Below are positions 1 through 13,320 of a DNA stretch of 42,816 bases, piece after piece. The translations under genes and the position numbers were made by a program. Numbering within the stretch: the first letter of the stretch is position 1; each line of letters opens with the position of its first letter. Below the pieces are notes generated by a model. The model was not told the origin of the DNA and did no database searches. It saw only the letters and a program-made list of their open reading frames with translations. Source of the stretch: Saprolegnia diclina VS20 (taxonomy: Eukaryota); contig NW_008246108.1 in assembly GCF_000281045.1 (NCBI RefSeq), forward strand, positions 1 through 42,816. Reading direction: 5' to 3'.

Positions 1-281
1 CGACGATCGTTGGAAGGGACCCACTTCATACCTCTGAGAACTGATAGGCATAAAGCTCAGTGGAGCTGAAAAAGCTGAGAGCTTTTGACGCGCTCTGTAT
101 TCATCGTGGCATGTCGTTTCGTCCTTTTAGAAGCGTCGCATTGACGTAACCGCTGGATGCATCGTTGTCTAGAAATTATCATTGGCGCAAGATGTTGTCA
201 AGTGTTCACCATGTGATGAGCCACGAACTGAAGGTCGAGGCTTTCTGAAAGACCCCGTACCAATGATGCACTATGTAGAGC

Positions 282-2767
282 TTGGAGCAGTATGTGGCCC
301 TGGGCCTAGCAGGATTACCCAAGCTCACGGCTGAAGCCTCGGCCAAGTTCGCGTTTCACACGTGTTCAAGCTACCACAGCAAATGCTCCAGTCTTTTGCG
401 CCAAGTGCTATCGCATGTGGGCCAATACTCACCCAAGCACTGCAAGCTCATATCTGATGTACAATAGTAGCCACATTCCCAAAATCTTGAGGCAACATCG
501 ACATAGATTTGGGACGTCGCGTCGATCAATGTGCTCATGCTGCTCAAAGTATCTCAAGTCTCGACTCAAGAAAAATCCCAAGCTGCCGAAGACTTCATTC
601 AAGCCAACCACTTTCGACAGGTCGTTTGGATTTGATAGCTCTCGCTCCAAGTTCAAAAACGAAATCAATGCAGGCGTGCGAGTCCGAGCAAGTCGCGCAG
701 ATCAAAACTCTTACGGCGACAGTTGATTCGCTCAAGCACGAGCTTCGCCAGGTCAAAGCCGAGGTACAATCTACGCTGGACTTTGCCAACATCATGCTTC
801 GAGCTTGTAGCTGCAAACGCTGCAGCGGAAATTGTTGCGGTCGCGCTTCGAGAAGGAGCGCCTTGAAAAAATTCTCGACAGAGTTACCCGCGGCGTCGGC
901 GGGGACGGAGATGACAAAGACGACGCCCCTATCGATGCAGCCAATGACGAAGATGACGAGGACAATTTTCTTTTGCTCATGCACAACGTGGATGTAGGTC
1001 TAACAACTCGGCATATCGACTTACGCTACTCTAGAAATATCAGCAAGTGTCGTCGCTCGAGAACACGGTGGAAGACCTCGACAAGCTATTCGCTGCTGTG
1101 GATGTAGAAAACCACAACCAGCTCGTGGCACTGGCTGAGCTTGACAGATACATCGACTCGAGCATGGTTTCGATCCTCTGGAAGCATCAGCCCAAGCAAA
1201 ATCAAACGGGCTTTGTCGCCAAAATGGTAAACTTCTCCTCTTTGCGTCCAAGTGCCATTACATGGTTGCATCATTTGCAGTTTTCAGTCGAGTCGCAAGC
1301 CACCCAGACAGACGATCCAGCAAAACTAACAGACACAGACACGTTGGGTCTCGACGGTACGCTCACGTACGGATTGCTGCATGTATTCTCAACCCATTAA
1401 CTAGACGAAGTGTCGCAGACGCCAAGGACGCGAAAAAAATTGCTGGTCATCCCGACGTGCATTCGCACGCTACTGGACGCGGTGCCCCGTGTGCCCAAGA
1501 TGCTGCTCAAAAAGTCGCTCGTGCACACGATTTGGATACTGTAGACAACTTGTCTCCGTATATGCAGAAAATCATGTCTTCTCGTAGACTCGTGCGCAAG
1601 CTCGACAGCGAGCGAGCCAAACCGTCGGGGTCTCTCGCTGTTTTCTTGCGCGACTATTTCATGCAAAAGTTTGGCCTCAAGTCGCTCGCCGACTACCACA
1701 TGGTCGAGCTCGTAAAAAGCTGCCTCTTGTACCGACGCAAGCTCGAGAACGCCGCGAGCTTGTATGAGTCGGACCCAAGCGGTTGCAACTTGGACTGGGA
1801 CGACTGCCGCATCCTGCTGTTCGGTCGATGCATTGACGCTTTTCCGGACGAGGCGCTCTCGCACATCGAGTCCGAAGGTGTTTCGATCTTGCTCGACTTT
1901 CTCGGAGATCTCCTTGAACTCGACCCTGCTTTTCCGTCGCTGCAAGCCGTGCAAGTACGCACCAGCAACTCTAGGTTTAGGGTTGGTTTTAATGCAGAGG
2001 CTAGGACCTCGACGGGGCGGTCGCCGTGAGCCGCGAGGTCGCGATCATCGTATGGCGCTGCCATTTTGCGTACATGGGACCCGATGAAGAGACCAAGGCG
2101 TTGTATACGCTCGGCGAGCATGACCTCGGCCAGCCACACGCGGTCAACATGGACTGGCTACTCGCCTACGCGCTCTTTACGTGGCACATGTTTGAAGTTG
2201 CCGAAGAGGCCGCGATCCGATCGGCATTTCGCACCGTCTTGCTGCACACGAGCGGCCCCCAGTCGACCAACTTGCTCCTGCAAATGGATGGGTTGCGGAA
2301 TATTTGTCCGAATTCAAATCTTATGGGTTCTCCATAGGTTTGTGGCAGCCGTTGCCAGCGTTTGGCCCGAGTGCGCTGAATCGACGGCACAGACGTTGTA
2401 CATGGACATGATGGCAACGAAGCGCGAGAGCTTTCGCATCGCGTCCGAGCGACGCCGCCGCGATAAGCAACGCAGCGCGCCGTCGTCCGGCCACGTCCCT
2501 GCGACGACTGTCCTCGGCATTGACGGCGTCTTTGAAGAAGAGTTTGTCGCTATCTTGGCCAAGCTTCGACGGTATAAATCATGTTTCAACGATATATTTT
2601 CAATCATGTCTACGTATAGGAATCAGCGCAAACGCTGGGGGATCCGCACACGCGGTGTGCCACTCCACGCGATAAACAAGAAGGCGTGGCTGGGCGGCTA
2701 TGGGCATCCTGTGAGTGCGACAGGAGCCGTGGACCCGTACTCGCTCAAGCATGGCATCTCGCTTTAG
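282..2767 (+). CDS. Multi-exon uncharacterised protein with N-terminal coiled coil and helical C-terminal region; 5' end uncertain
   Basis: Coding-like segments join across short GT..AG introns: IWDVASINVLMLLKV / ACESEQVAQIKTLTATVDSLKHELRQVKAE / LRSRFEKERLEKIL / LAVFLRDYFMQKFGLKSLADYHMVELVKSC / VNMDWLLAYALFTWH / ...KHGISL-TAG at 2765-2767. Confidence 0.65.
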
Positions 2768-2890
2768 CTTGCATTGCAACTCATGCCTCTATAATAATCG
2801 ATATATAATTTGTATAGTTTTGCTGCTCGTTTGTGCTTCGTAGGGCAAAATCAATGTGTACTCCGTGTTGTTTACGCAAACCTCCAACAA

Positions 2891-5800
2891 CTACCCAACA
2901 ATGGCTTGCGCCTTCTTCTTCTTGAGCTCCTTTCGCACTCGCGTTGGCTGCGTGTCCATGAACGGCTCGAGCGCAATTGTCGCCTTGTAGAGGTGACCAA
3001 CGAGTTCGATGTCGACCGAGTGGCCGGGCACTGCGAGCTCCGTGGGTACATAGGCAAAGGCAATGCTCTTGCCCACGATATGACCATAGCCACCGCACGT
3101 CGTGTTACCCACGACGCGTCCGTTGCTCCACACCGCTTCATTGCCCGCCGCATCGATGAGTCCTACCATTTGGAGGTTTGCCACAAAGAAACTGGTCAAA
3201 CATCGTACGGTGGCCCGGCTTGGGCGGGTCGTTGTGCACGTCCAGCATCACCAGTGTGCGCGCGGGTCCGTCCTTTGCAATCTACAGGGCATGGGATCAT
3301 CAGTAAGTGCTCTCTCGTGCGAAAAGCCACCTGCTGCACTGCTGCTTGACCAATGTAAGGCGTCTTCTTGTTGACCTTGACGAAGAAGCCGAGGCCAGCC
3401 TCGAGCGGGTTGGTGTCCTTGTTCATATCAAGGCCCCACACTCGGAAGCCCTTCTCGAGCCGCATCGCGTTCACGGCCCACGTGCCGACGTCCCCGACGC
3501 GTAGACCGAGCTTATCACCGGCCGCCCAGAGCGCTTTGTACACGGTAGCCACCTCGTTGAGCGGCACGTGAAGCTCAAAGCTACACAGTTAGGCATTATA
3601 TACAATAAATAAAAGTGGCTGGTACCCGAGCTCGCCCGTGAAGCTCAGACGCATGACCCGCGTCGCGACGTCCGCAACGTCCATGGTCGCAAAGTGCATG
3701 AACGGAAACGTGGCCGCCGAGACGTCCGTGCGCGTGAGGTGCTGCAAGAGGATCTCGGCGTCCGGCCCTGCGACGCCCAAGACACCCACGTCGTCGGACG
3801 TGTTGCGCAGACTCACGTCCTGGCTGCTGTATTGCCATTCGTCCAAGTACGATTCCATCCATCTATAAACACGATATAGCCATGTCGACACAAGTGGTCC
3901 TACCGGAGATCGTGGAGCTCCGAACCCGAGCCCGTGACGACGTAAAAGTGGTCGTCCGCGATGGCCGAGATGGTGAGCTCGGCCATGACCTTGGCCTTGG
4001 GCGTCAACATGTGGCAGACGCGGACCTTGCCCGTCTACACGACAGCATGAGTGGACGTGTAGCCTCGCGTCCGACCTCTGGGATCGAGTTGGCGCAAAGC
4101 GACTCGAGAAAGTGGCGGGCGCGGGGTCCCGACACCTCGTACGTGCTAAACGCACTGAGGTCGGTGATGCCGACGTGCTCCATGACGACGTGGCATTCGC
4201 GCTTCACGGCGGCAAACGCGTTGGTGCGGTAGAACGACGCTTCGTGGCCTGCAGCTGCAACGTCAAATGACCAAGTACACGCACAACATCAGCGCACCTT
4301 GCTCGTCAGGTGTCGCCGCAAACCAGTGGGGTACCTCCCAGCCCGCGTGAGCACCAAACTGCGCGCCCTTCTGCCGCAGTAGCGTGTATAGGGACGTCGG
4401 ACGCATGTTGCGGCCGCGCTTCTTGTCAATGTACGGGTGCGTGATCAAATTGTTGTCGCCGTAGCTTTCCCGAGCCTTCTCTGCGACGTACGCCGGTGTC
4501 GTCCACGTACCGTAGCTAGGACCACCAATGAGAGATCAATGTCAGCACCAACAACGGACCGGGACGGGTCGATCTCGGTGAGGTCGTAGGGCGGCTCGCC
4601 GTCGAGGATCCAGCGAGCAACGTAGTCGCCGCAGCCGCCGCCATGTGCAATGCCGTACGACATGCCGTTGGCAACAAAGATGTTGGGCAGACGCTTGCTG
4701 CCGTGGCGCGGCAGCGGCCCCACGATCGGGAGCGCGTCCGGCGCGTAGCAGATGGGACCACAAGTCACGTTTTGAATGCCTACGAGAGATATTATTTCGG
4801 ATCGTGCACTCAGCTTGGCGCGTGTACCGGCGTCCGCAAGGCTCGGCATGCGCTCCATCGCAGCTTCGAGGTGCGGGAAGATGCGGTCGACGTCCGACGG
4901 AAAGAGCTCCTTGCCAAAGCTCGGGGGCACGCCGGTCGCCTGCCAATCGAGACGCACTTGCATTTTGGCTGCCTACGAGAAAACATGAGTCGTTAAGGTC
5001 AAATAGAAGGGGTATTGCCTCTTCGTAGGGTCCGATGAGCATGCCCGTGCGCTCTTGGCGTAGGTAGTACGAGTTTTCAAGGTCGCGGATCACGGGGAGC
5101 TCCGATGGGAGCGCTTGGACGTCCGGGATCGAGTTGGTGATGACGTACTGATGCTCGATGCTCACGAGGGGCAGGTCGACACCGAGCTGTTCGATGAGCT
5201 CGCGCCCCCAAAACCCCGTGCAATTGACCACCTATCGCCAGACGTCGTCACGCACACTAGCATGCATCCTGAGGCGTACGGTCTTGGCGTGGAGCGTCCC
5301 GTGCTTTGTCGCAACGTCCCACGAGCCGTCCGCGCGCTCGTGCAACGACAGCGCCGGCGTGTGCTGGAGGATCGTGGTCCCGTGCTGCCGAGCGCCCTTG
5401 GCCAACGCCATCGTGACGCTACCCCACTGGCGCGTCAGTCGCGAAACGCAGGATATAGCTGTACCTGTAGGGATCGATGTGGCCGTCGCCCTTGGTGTGG
5501 ATACCGCCAAGGATCCCGTCCATGTTAAGGAGAGGGTGCAGCACCGCGATTTCTTCCGGCGTGATGATTTTCTGGTAGCCGGGGTGCCAGTTTTGGCGCG
5601 ACTGCTGGTACCTGCACAGGCACATGAGATAGAATACGCATATGCATGGGATGGAACGTACTTGGCTTCGTCCATGCGCTGCGGCGTCGTGCAGATGCGA
5701 ATGCTCCCAGGCTCGTGGAGCCCGACGCTCTATAAGTCGTGTATCTAACTAGCTTTCGCGCCATGGCTTGTGGCCGTACCGCGCCTGTCTCCTCGTACAA

Positions 5801-6191
5801 GGTCTTGTACAGGTCGAGGCTGTATTGGTGGAACTTTTTGAGGTTGATGCCCGGGTTGAAGTAGGTGACGAGGCCGGCCGCATGCCACGTCGAGCCGGCC
5901 GTGAGCTCCGTCTTCTCGAGCAAGATAACGTTCTTCGCCCCGTATTTGGCCAAGTGGTACGCGATGCTCGTGCCCACGACGCCTCCGCCCACAATGACCA
6001 CCTACATAGCAAGCTCGAGCCATGGCGTTTCGCGTGTGCATGGCGTACATCCGACTCGGTGTCCACGACAGGCGAGGAAGCGACGCTAGCAGCATATGCA
6101 TGAGGTCATGGGCAATGGCATATCGCGTCTACCTCGCAAGGCTGCGCGATGGCGGCGCGAGTCTGCGCGTCTTCACAAGGCTTCGCCACAT
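2891..6191 (-). CDS. DMGDH: Mitochondrial dimethylglycine dehydrogenase (FAD oxidase + GcvT-type folate-binding domains), many introns
   Basis: Inferred ATG at 6191 with Arg-rich presequence [14 protein letters not shown]. Motifs: VIVGGGVVG (FAD Rossmann), [12 protein letters not shown] (flavinylated His), [72 protein letters not shown]. Stop at 2891. Confidence 0.92.
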
Positions 6192-6801
6192 GCTTCTCGG
6201 TTGGCAAAAGATAGAATGTGGCGGCTTCCATCGCGTCTTAATTTGCAATATTTAATTTTCAATACAAAGAACAAGATACAGCGTCGAAAGAGCGAAAAAT
6301 TGACAAGATACCAAGTCTGATCGTGGTCGACTTCAACCTGAGAAGCTCGCGGCGATCGGCAGGCACGCTAAACGAGGTTTAACGTCGCATTCGTTGCGTT
6401 AAAGTTTAGGAATACGAAAAAGACGTACCTAGCGTGAGCTCAAGAAGGTCCATCGGTACCAGAGGAAGCGTGCACAGTCCTTCCCTTCGCGTTGAGTATG
6501 TGGAGACCTCGTGCCTTGCAATGAGCCGACCCGGACCTACAATATCCATTGGCCGAAATAGTTGACTTTTGGACCAATCCGTGTCGATGCATGACGATGA
6601 GCGCCCGACCGCCAAACTTGCTGTGCTTCATGCAGAGCTCCGCAATGCGATGGTCCCTGTGATGGTCCCATGTGAAGCCGTTTTGGCGCGATGCGAGTCC
6701 GGATAAACCAGTACAAATAAATCTTTGCCGGATAAAATCGAATCCACGCGACTGCACAGCTTGACTGTGGATCTTCCAAACCGCAGATTTGAATTGACAA
6801 C

Positions 6802-7583
6802 ATGAGCGCGGACCGGGGCTGGTCAGACGGCAACTACCTCAACGACAGCGACAAAAGCGACGACGTTATCATGATTATGAAGGCCCATCACCCGCCGTCG
6901 AGAGCTCGCTCACCTTCACGCTTGTAGCGTCCCCCAACCCGACCCGTCGCGACAGCGATGACATGGACGACGAGGAAGCGTCCGAAACGGTACGTCCCGT
7001 GTTGCAGTAGAGGCTCGTGTAACACAATGACGACAGGGCAACGCGACTCTATCGAGCGACAGTGACGCAGCGACGTCGAGCGCCGGCGTTGGCGCGAGGT
7101 ACGCTTGCTTGTGACGACACTACCCGTTCATTAATCGATGCTTGTAGACCCGGCGTTGAGGACGGAGACGCGGACGAAGGCGGCGACGAGGAAGTGTTCG
7201 ATGAGGTATGCCATGTGCCATGTCATATTGCACGTGGCAGCGCATGAACCAAACATTTGCTGTGATAGAATGACACGAGCGACCTTCCACCACCCAAAGG
7301 ACAGCGACTGTTGGCCTCACCGCGTCGCGTGAGGTGCGCGATCTGGCGCAACCGTATGTGTGTATATTGAAGCCTAGCGTTCATAGCCCGTCGAGCGGGC
7401 AGATCCCTGAACGACTGGTTCGCGCCGACGCATCGAGCGAGATCGCGATCCAACTTTGCGATGGTGTATGTGCGCGCTACAGTGTAGCTCTTTCCAATTG
7501 TTTCTGTATCGTAGCTCGCGTCGACTTTTGCCGTCTTCGAGATGAAGCAACCCGACTACTCAACGAACCTACGCGACGAGTAG
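6802..7583 (+). CDS. Small multi-exon acidic/low-complexity hypothetical protein, or recently decayed gene
   Basis: Segments DSDDMDDEEASET / GNATLSSDSDAATSS / PGVEDGDADEGGDEEVFDE / NDTSDLPPPKGQR join in frame across successive gtacgt/gtacgc/gtatgc...ag introns. The ATG at 6802 is out of frame with the acidic exon, so the start is unresolved. Confidence 0.4.
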
Positions 7584-7796
7584 TCGGGTTGCTTCATCTC
7601 AAAGATGGCAAGAGCTAGATGAACTACTCTTGATAATATATTGCACAGTTTGCATAATCATTTGTCAGGTGCAGAGTCGCTACCATGCGCTACCAGCACT
7701 ACATTCAATCTATCCGCTTTGAGCGCATTGCTCTTTCATCCAGAACGCGCGTGTTGACATTAATCGAATTTGCAAGCACGAGCTTACACGGAAGTG

Positions 7797-8961
7797 ATGA
7801 CATGGACCTTCTTCAACAGTATCTTTCAGCACCTCGAGATCCCCAAGATCGTCTCCGGCCACCAGGCGGGGGTTTATGAAGACGTGCGCCCAGTCATTGT
7901 CGCCTGCCGGGAGCTCGTCGAGTTTGACGCCACGGGTTCAACATATACGTGTACGACGTGTCAAACCCCAAGGCTTTCGCGCCCGACTCCAAGTAGCCCG
8001 GCGAGCGCACGTCCTCGCTGTATCTTCGACATGAGGGCCAATACGACGAACGCCTGCCGCTGCACGTGGCCATCGCTGGAGGTTAACGCACCTGACCAAG
8101 CGCCTCCTTGGCCCGACCTCGGAAGACGCGATCACTTGGCCTTTACGAAGGGCTACCTCGAGATTGTTGAGTTGCTACTGGATGTGCGAGCGAACGCTCC
8201 AAAGTCCATCGACGCATCAACCTTGCGAGTCGTCCGACAAGTACGTTGTTGCATCACACCACGTGAAGGCTGCCACTAACAACATGACGTACTAGGCGCT
8301 TTGCGCTTCGATTCCCACGTGATATATTCTTTGATATTGTGACCAGAAGGGGCAACAAGGGTCATGAACTGCTCCAGCGGTTTGGACTGGACCCTTAGTC
8401 GTTGATGATTACTACTTCTTCAACACACCTGAATCTGTTGTTCGAGCCGCAATCTGGCTCAACGCGACACTCGAGAACACGACGCTCACCCTCGATAGCT
8501 TTCCGTGGGGTATGTACCCGCGCATCTTGGATGGCATCGAACGCCGAGTCTCCGCGCAGCTCGTCCAAACGCTGCTCGAACGCGAACTCGAGTGCTCGAC
8601 AGACGCCATGGAACGGCGCGCGAACGGTCATTTCAACGTCATCCATTTTCTCCTCAAGAGCTGCAGAAGGGCTGCAGAAGGGTGTACAATCAACGCCCTC
8701 GATGGCGCCACCCGCTACGGCCACCTCGACATCATTCGCTTACTCATTGAACAGGGCACCGAAGGCGCGTCGCCCAACATCCTCGACCGCGCGGCCGCCG
8801 ATGGTCACCTTGAGGTCGTCCAGTATCTCCATCGTCCCAGCTCGTTGATTGCACCGTCCATGCTGTCGATTCCGCAGCGTCAGGCGGTCACCTTGGTGTT
8901 CTCAAATTCCTCTTCACCTTCGATTAGGTCGTTCAAAATGCGCTCAAGCATTGGCATTTGA
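7797..8961 (+). pseudogene. Frameshifted ankyrin-repeat gene (family typical of Saprolegnia)
   Basis: N-terminus MTWTFFNSIFQHLEIPKIV..GVYEDVRP..ACRELVEF. RLPLHVAIA lies in another frame and is followed by a stop. Ankyrin units ALDGATRYGHLDIIRLL and LDRAAADGHLEVVQYLH. Short tandem duplication gctgcagaagg x2 near 8660. Confidence 0.7.
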
Positions 8962-9368
8962 CACGCCCGACTAGCGTACCAAGGACGAAAGACCACCCAA
9001 ACCCTCCAACTAGCACCGAGCGTGGTGGCGCGTGCGCCAGCGCTGCAGCAATCTGGTAACATTGTCGACTGAACGTGGGCTTTGTGATTGGTCATGTCTT
9101 CGCGACCGACGCGACGGTCACACTTGGACAGCTCCAGAGCAAGACAGCGTACCAGTATATCGTTGTGTCTATGATGCAGCTGACAAACGACCAATGTATA
9201 TGCGAGGTTAGGTCAACTGAAGTCATCCAGGAGATTCCAGACCTCATGACTCGCCAGTTGGGCGAGGCCAACTAGCCAACGTCCGTGTGCGTGCCAATCG
9301 ACTACGTTCGTCACATTTCTCGTGTTGGCTCCACTCCCAAACGTCCACAAAGCATTCGGATTTGAGTC

Positions 9369-11841
9369 TTACAAATACATGTCGGTGGTTCGGGCAATCG
9401 CTTGGGAGAGCTTGGCATCGAGGCGCTGGGCCTCGTCGGCGCGAGGTTGCGCAATCTACACAAGACGTGTTCGTCTTCATCAATAAAAGAACTGTGGTCA
9501 CTTACGTCTGCAGGTAGCTCGTACACAAACGTGTCACCGGCCGAGTCGCCGACAATGATACGCTTCCCGTCTGCGGTCCAGCGCACCTTGTTGAGCGCGC
9601 GGTCGCTGACCTTGATGTCTGCGACGGGAATCTACGCGGCTCGTAGTTTAGCTCTCGTGTTAGCACTCACAAAAGACCTCGGTGTCGTTGCTGATGTTCC
9701 AGATTGAAATCTTGCCCGAGCCGTCGGCCGTGCAAAAGAGACCCGGGTGCACGGGCGACCACCGAATGTCATAGACGTAGTCGTTCGCGGGCTCGAACGA
9801 CACGATTGGCTTGTAGTCGCTCTACGCCAAACGGTCCATGAGCAATCATCCAGCGACAAATGATTTTGTGGTGTACCTTTTGGCTCCAAAGTCGGCAACT
9901 CCAGTCCACGGACGACGTGAGAAGCAGCACGTCTTGGTGGTGTGGCAAGAGCGGGTTGTAGTGCATCGACGTCATCGGGCCATAGTGCGGCTTGTCCTTG
10001 GAGAGCGAATGAACGAGCACCTCGCGCGCTTTCACGTGGTTTTGGTTCTTCGAGTGGTCGTCCAGCTGCGCACTCAGGAGCTCACCCGATTCTAGTTAAT
10101 ACAAGCCTTTCTCACTCTACCATTCGACGAGATAGAGTGTTGTTGTTACCTGTTCCGATCGTAAACGTGTTGGCGGCACTGCCTTCGCCCTTTTGGAAAG
10201 CAAGCGCCGTTACGGGTACCTGCATCTTGCGCACGGGGGCGCTGGCCGCAGCCACCGGCGCCGAGACGCGTAGATCGAGCACGTCCACTGGCGCGTGGAG
10301 TTGATTGACGTTCCAGACGCACATGCGGCCGTCCGTACTCGCCGAGACCAAGCTACATAGTATGAAATTGAAGTCCATCGGAAAATGCTGCGTAATGTGT
10401 ACCTAAAGGCAGACTTGGAGCCGACGACGCTCATCGAGTAAATAGGGTGCGTATGGCCATGCGTCGACAGCGTCGTCTTTTGCACCGGCGTGTTCTTGGC
10501 CCGCGTATCCCACAAGACGACCTATGCCAGCACTCTACACCTAATTGTAGAAACGTTGCAGCGAGGTACCTGGCCCGAGTACGTGCCGCCCATGAGCACG
10601 TGACGGTCGAATGGATTGAAGCACGCGCTCATGACCTATTTCGTTGGAGCTCCAACATTCGCACACGCAGAAGACCAACCTGCGAGTTGCACGTAAACTT
10701 GTACTCGGGATGCGTGGGCATGTTGCTGGACCAGAGCAAGACGACGCCTTCGGCCTCGGCCATGGCGTCCTGGACGTTCCACTCGACGGGCGACGTGTCC
10801 ATGTCGTCTTCCAAGTATCCGCGCGCGTTGTACGCAACGAGACAGAGCTCCTAGACCTCGCGTGTGAGAAGGTATCCAACACACTACGATCGTACGTTGT
10901 AGAAGGGCGAGATGTCAATGTCAGTGACGGCGCGGCCCTTGGTCCACTTGGTGTCGCGGTACACAAAGAGCTGCTTGCACTTGGACGCCGTCATCGGGTG
11001 GTCGACGTCGACCATCGACACGTCGTCGTCCTGGCTGTAGTCGCGCATGACGTCAAACGCGCCGGCTTGCAGCAGCGCGCGCTCCATGATGTTGCCCGAC
11101 TTGGTCAAGAACGACTCCATCTCTGCACCAAGCAGCTGAGAAAAGGCCATGTAAAGGAAGCGGCGCACCCGTGGAGCCCAGGATTTGATCGCGCTCGTCC
11201 TTGGGTGGCATCGCCGGCTTCACGGGCGCAGCAGGCTCGGGTAGGAGCTTGATCTTGCGCGGCGATGGCACGGGCGGCGGCTGGTTCGGGTTCGACGCGT
11301 CGGGAATCTCGATCGTTGGCATCGACGACATCTATATGCGCTCGATGATGAGCGCTCGAGCCGTCGCCATACAGAATCATACGGGCTCATCCGGAAAGTC
11401 CATCGGGTCCATCCACGTAGCCTTGTCGTACATCTCGACTTGCAGAGGAAGAATGTCGATCTGGCCGAGCTGCGTGACCTAGGCGCAGAGTTGCAGCCTT
11501 TTCAGGCAACAAGATATGGCGTACGCTCGAGATCTTGGCCATCTTCTCCGCAAAGGTGAGCGATGGCGCTGTGGCAGCAGCGACAGCTTGCGACGTCTCT
11601 TCCATGACCTTTTGCTTCTCTTCCTCAAGGATGTGCTGGAGGAACTCCTGGAAGGGCGGCGCGACCGTGGCCGGCTGCTCGACAGCGACGTCCCTACGTC
11701 GCTGCGTGAGGCGCAGGCCCATGACTGCCATAGGGAGGGGTACTTGACATGCGCCTTGCGCCGGCGGATCTCCTCGAGCTTGCGCTTCTTGGCTTCGAGC
11801 TCGGCCGCGTGCTTGGCGCGGGTTGCTTCTCGGCTCTCCAT
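9369..11841 (-). CDS. DYNC1I: Cytoplasmic dynein intermediate chain (WD40), multi-exon
   Basis: N-terminal [17 protein letters not shown] helix, [93 protein letters not shown]. Last exon ends ...TTDMYL-TAA at 9369. Confidence 0.9.
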
Positions 11842-13320
11842 CTCGTGATCGCAAATTCCCCCAGACAGGATACGTCGACCCTCGGCATTTTAATGACCAA
11901 AATATGCACCTTACACTCACTATTTGTATTCATCATTAAAACATTGAAATATTATGGCCCACGCGTGCGAGGATAAACCCACCCAACACGCCAGCACGCG
12001 AGCCACCACCGTACGTTGTTGCGACGATCAGCGAGGATAATCAAAGAAAAGGCCACAGCGGATTGTACAATGTGACTAGCAATAGGTCAAGGACCCGCCA
12101 AGAGCGCTCGATTCGCCCTTGGTCTGCGACCTGGCCGAAGGAACATCGACCGAGCGTAAAGTGGCGTGCGTTTAGCCTAATTGTATGGAAGTCGAGCAGC
12201 TTTCACCGCACGAGATCTTTCACACAATCTTGACGCGGTCGCATCGCGCCAAAGCTGTTTGTTGAACTGCCTCGAGTGGTCAAATAGCTCTCCTTGTAGA
12301 GAATGCTTCAAACAACAAGAGCCGAAGTGCTACATTGCGACAAGCCAATCGCGAAGCAGCAATGGTCTAAAGCTCGGAAAAGACGATCCAGCGCGTCGAA
12401 GCTTCTGACGTGTGCCATGGACTTGGTGAACGCTCGTGTGCTTGATGACGCATAGTGCGTCATGTTGCTGCTCGTTGGTCAGCGTGCCACCACGCACAGC
12501 GAATGTGATGGCGAACAAAGTTACTGCGAGACACCTGCAAGGAGGACCTTCGGGCTGCCCAATGCATATATCACCGCTGCAGATGCCAACACAGATCACC
12601 ACCGAGCTTGGACAAAGCTGTTCGTGTAACCAGATAGGTATTTCGAACTCAAATATCGAAGTCTGGAAAGTTGCCGAGCGTTCGGCGATTTGACGCAAAC
12701 ACAGACAGCCCCATGCGACGACATGTCGTGGTGCATCTCCCAGCTCTGTCTCGAACGAACGAACACAAGATCCAGTGCTGATATCCATCCAACTTTGAGA
12801 ATTTCCGCACATTTTTCGGAGGCTACTTTTTGCTGCAAGTTTATGCTCCAGCGTCACGAGGCATATCCCATCGCCCCATCGCATCATACAATAGCAAACG
12901 CACGCCGAAGAGGAAAGAGGGCCCTTTGCAGCGGTGAGTCCCGTCATCAGGATCACTGCCAACATTAGGTCGCAAATGAGATGAAACGGTCATGTCAATG
13001 ACAAGGAACTGGTATATACACTGTTTTAATCCATGCACTGTATTTCGTCGGGTACTCAATCCAACGGTAGACAAGCGTGGAGGAATCCGGCGGCAAAGAT
13101 ACTGCGCTCGAGCAGTAGCTTGCCCGTTCTTCTTTGCTCCCTTCAAGGAGACCGAGCTTCAAGTTGGCGCCACTGCGGCAACGACGGACTCACCACCAGC
13201 TCTCACCACCCGAAACGCAAGTCATCCTCAAGTTGCTTGTTCATACTTGGTCGATTCATTAATTACGTTTACGGGCTCGATCGATACATGGGTTAAATAA
13301 AGGAATGGACGCGAGCGAGC

